Assembly (NCBI GenBank): GCA_951406725.2 | Contig: OX597819.1 | Location: forward strand, 5,332,001 to 5,396,000 | Direction: 5' to 3' | DNA: 64,000 bases | Source of the DNA: Octopus vulgaris | Taxonomy: Eukaryota | Part shown: in pieces, positions 61,272 through 64,000 of the stretch | How the letters are laid out: each line of letters begins with the position of its first letter | How positions within the stretch are numbered: position 1 is the first letter of the stretch | Notes under the pieces: model-generated | Seen by the model: only the letters and a program-made list of their open reading frames with translations | Database searches by the model: none | Told to the model about the DNA's origin: nothing | Position numbers and translations under genes: made by a program

Positions 61272-62226
61272 TATTATATATATGTATTTATACACAGCCC
61301 ATCCAGCCTGGGAAACGGAAGCTAAATGATGATGTGCACAGGTGGCTGTGTGATTAGAAGTTTGCTTCCCAACCATATTGTTCAGGTGTCAGAACCATTG
61401 TGTGGCACCTTGGGCAAATGTCTTCTACTGTAGCCTGGTGGCGACCAAATCCTTCTGAGTGGATTTGGTAGCCAGAAACTGAAAGAAGCCTTCTGTGTAT
61501 GTGTGTGTGTTTTAAAAACATAAGTACTGGTGTAGATTCGTTTGCTTGTAAGCCTAGAAGGTGCTGTCCTGCCTGGCCACAGTATAAACAAATAGAAAAT
61601 AAAAGAAATAATGTGTGTGTGTGTGTGTTGAAGAAAAGATCACTAAGAAGGGAAATAACTCAATCTGTATTTCTAATATCTTATGTTCGTTTAGTGTAAT
61701 TATATACTTCCCAAGTATATAAGACCTGTGATTAGAGGTGTCCAGCTGTGACCAACCTGTCGTTTTATGTACCAAAGTTTACATTATCTAATGTGACTTG
61801 CTTTTTTCTTTTAAAGGCTGTGATTTTCGAGAGAGGGAGTTGGCCGTTTTTTCTAGCAAATTGACTGACCGTGTACAAGTGTCTGTGTATACGTTTAGAA
61901 ATATCATCTTGTGATAAACTGTTACAATCGGCAATGTCACTACATTCAGTTGCATTAATACAAACGAGCTCCAACGCAGTTACTAGATGGGCTAAAAATA
62001 GCAGCCAAACTATTCCTACAGGCTTTAAATAACTTTAGGAAGAATACCATATAATAACTCTAGATTCACTCACGTCTGAATAAAAGATACGATGGTCAAT
62101 GCCGGAATGCTTCTGCTGGTTAGGTGTGCAAAAATCAAAGCTGAATGACGAGAAAATGTTTTTATAGCCGCGTTTTGTTACCATTTGTGTAACACTACTT
62201 TTATATGTTTCCTATTTGGAATTAAG

Positions 62227-62609
62227 TGGAGGCGCAATGGCCCAGTGGTTAGGGCAGCGGACTCGCGGTCATAGGATCGCGGTTTCGATTCCCAGACCGG
62301 GCGTTGTGAGTGTTTATTGAGCGAAAACACCTAAAGCTCCACGAGGCTCCGGCAGGGAATGGTGGTGATCCCTGCTGTACTCTTTCACCATAACTTTCTC
62401 TCACTCTTACTTCCTGTTTCTGTTGTACCTGTATTTCAAAGGGCCGGCCTTGTCACTCTCTGTGTCACGCTGAATATCCCCGAGAACTACGTTAAGGGTA
62501 CACGTGTCTGTGGAGTGCTCAGCCACTTACACGTTAATTTCACGAGCAGGCTGTTCCGTTGATTCGGATCAACCGGAACCCTCGTCGTCGTAACGACGGA
62601 GTGCTTCCA
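62227..62609 (+). mobile_element. SINE family C, full length with TSD
   Basis: Flanking direct repeat ATTTGGAATTAA. CpGs largely retained. Confidence 0.92.
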
Positions 62610-63868
62610 CCCATTTGGAATTAAATAATAAATATATTTCACTTTTGAAGTAGGAATATATATTGATAAACACGTTACTTATAACTTACTTATAAGTGTT
62701 ATCATTATACATAAATCCTGATTCCAGCTACATAAACGTCATAGCGAGAAATATATTCTCTGAAAAGCTAACGGACATTTTATGCGTGCATATATGTTGA
62801 AGATAAATAAATTCGTGTTCTTTTAACCGCTATAAAAAAAATACACAATTTCATAATTGCAGAAATAAATTTCTTTAACAAGTTGAAGAATATGAAGAAA
62901 GAGAAAATAATTACTACACTAGTTTATGTACATTTAGCATTTATAGTACAATTGAAAGTAAAGTTACTTTGTCGTAGAGAATTACGACTTAAAAGTCACA
63001 CTAGCTAATCTTTCTTACTAACTACTAGAGTTCACAACAATTCAAATAAGTCTTGTTGGATAGACAAGGCATAAAAAATAGCCAATATCTCAAGGAGAGA
63101 TGGTCGTGGAGTTTAGTAACATTCTACAATCAGAGTTTTTATAACTGCTCATATCCGAATTCTAAGAACCGTATTTCGTGAAAGATTTCTTTGACGAAAG
63201 TTTAGAATTCGTATCTGGGCAGTACTTTTAACCAATGGGTTTACCAACAGTTATGCATATTCGGGCAGACGACCATTACGTCAGATTGCCGCCTTTTAAG
63301 ACTTGCTACAATGTAAATACAGACAGCTTTTATGTTCAGATTTACAAATTATTTTAGCTACGTACTTTTGTGTAGGTTATGTCTTGAAAACTTAAGAACT
63401 ATTGAAACTGGCGATTTTATTTAAATGAAACAGTGCAATTATTCGAGGCTGAGAAATCTTTAATTGCAATTAAATTTTCTCCCCATTCAAATTGTTGCGA
63501 ATTTAAGAGAAAAACTTTTTAAGAATGAAAAAAAATAAAACTGAATGTTAAAAATTAGAGAAAAAAATTTTTGGTCATTTCGATAGGTTAATTTGGAGTT
63601 ATCCCCCTTGAATTACTCTTGCTAACCTATGTTTCAAAGAGAAATCGTGTGGAACGGAATTTATTCCACAAAAGAATGACGAATCCTGGTTGAATGGATT
63701 TGTGGACACAGTATTGTGTTGTAAAAAGTGTTATACTGCAGAATTATTTAATCCACATTATGAAAATCGATAAAAAAAATTAAGAATAAAACTGCTTTTG
63801 TATCACTTTTATGTTATATGTATATTCAATCAAGTCCTGTGTTGATAAAATTACGTTTTTATTTACAG

Positions 63869-64000
63869 GTTGTGTTTTAAACAATCAGTTGTACATATCC
63901 GGCGGGCATGATGGGACAGATTTGTTAAATGATGTTGTCAGCTACGATCCACTTGTGAAAGATTGGAAAAGAAGGGAGTCCATGATACAAAGGCGTTCCT
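63869..64000 (+). CDS. Kelch-like gene, next kelch exon (runs off the window; absent from the ORF track)
   Basis: TTTACAG|GT acceptor completes the phase-1 Gly codon. Reads GCVLNNQLYISGGHDGTDLLNDVVSYDPLVKDWKRRESMIQRRS. Confidence 0.92.

Noticed and set aside
62227-62300. tRNA gene
   Set aside because: The A/B-box head continues into a 380-bp multicopy body with a TSD, so it is a SINE head. The same applies to the other tRNA-like heads.

Overview
AT-rich, repeat-dense animal genomic DNA. The SINE, LINE and microsatellite repertoire looks like octopus (cephalopod); that assignment is pattern recognition, not a search result. One host gene is supported: a plus-strand BTB-BACK-Kelch (KLHL-type) gene with phase-compatible exons at 37267-38380, 54376-54553 and 63869 to the window end, and a possible promoter and 5' exon near 8.3-9.4 kb. 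The rest is intron or intergenic DNA filled with mobile elements: RTE LINEs, Penelope-like elements (PLEs), a Tx1/L1 remnant, a decayed Chapaev3-type transposon, non-autonomous Helitrons (one nested), hAT and mariner MITEs, LTR-like relics and four SINE families. Three signals stand out. (1) At least seven hammerhead-ribozyme-like motifs lie in PLE termini and in short non-coding modules next to (TA)n tracts, with a complete core at 12909-13014. (2) Local inverted or templated duplications and near-perfect palindromes recur through the window. (3) A foldback element at 6261-6714 carries outward-facing TTAGGG repeats. Most ORFs in the supplied track are microsatellite or SINE artefacts.
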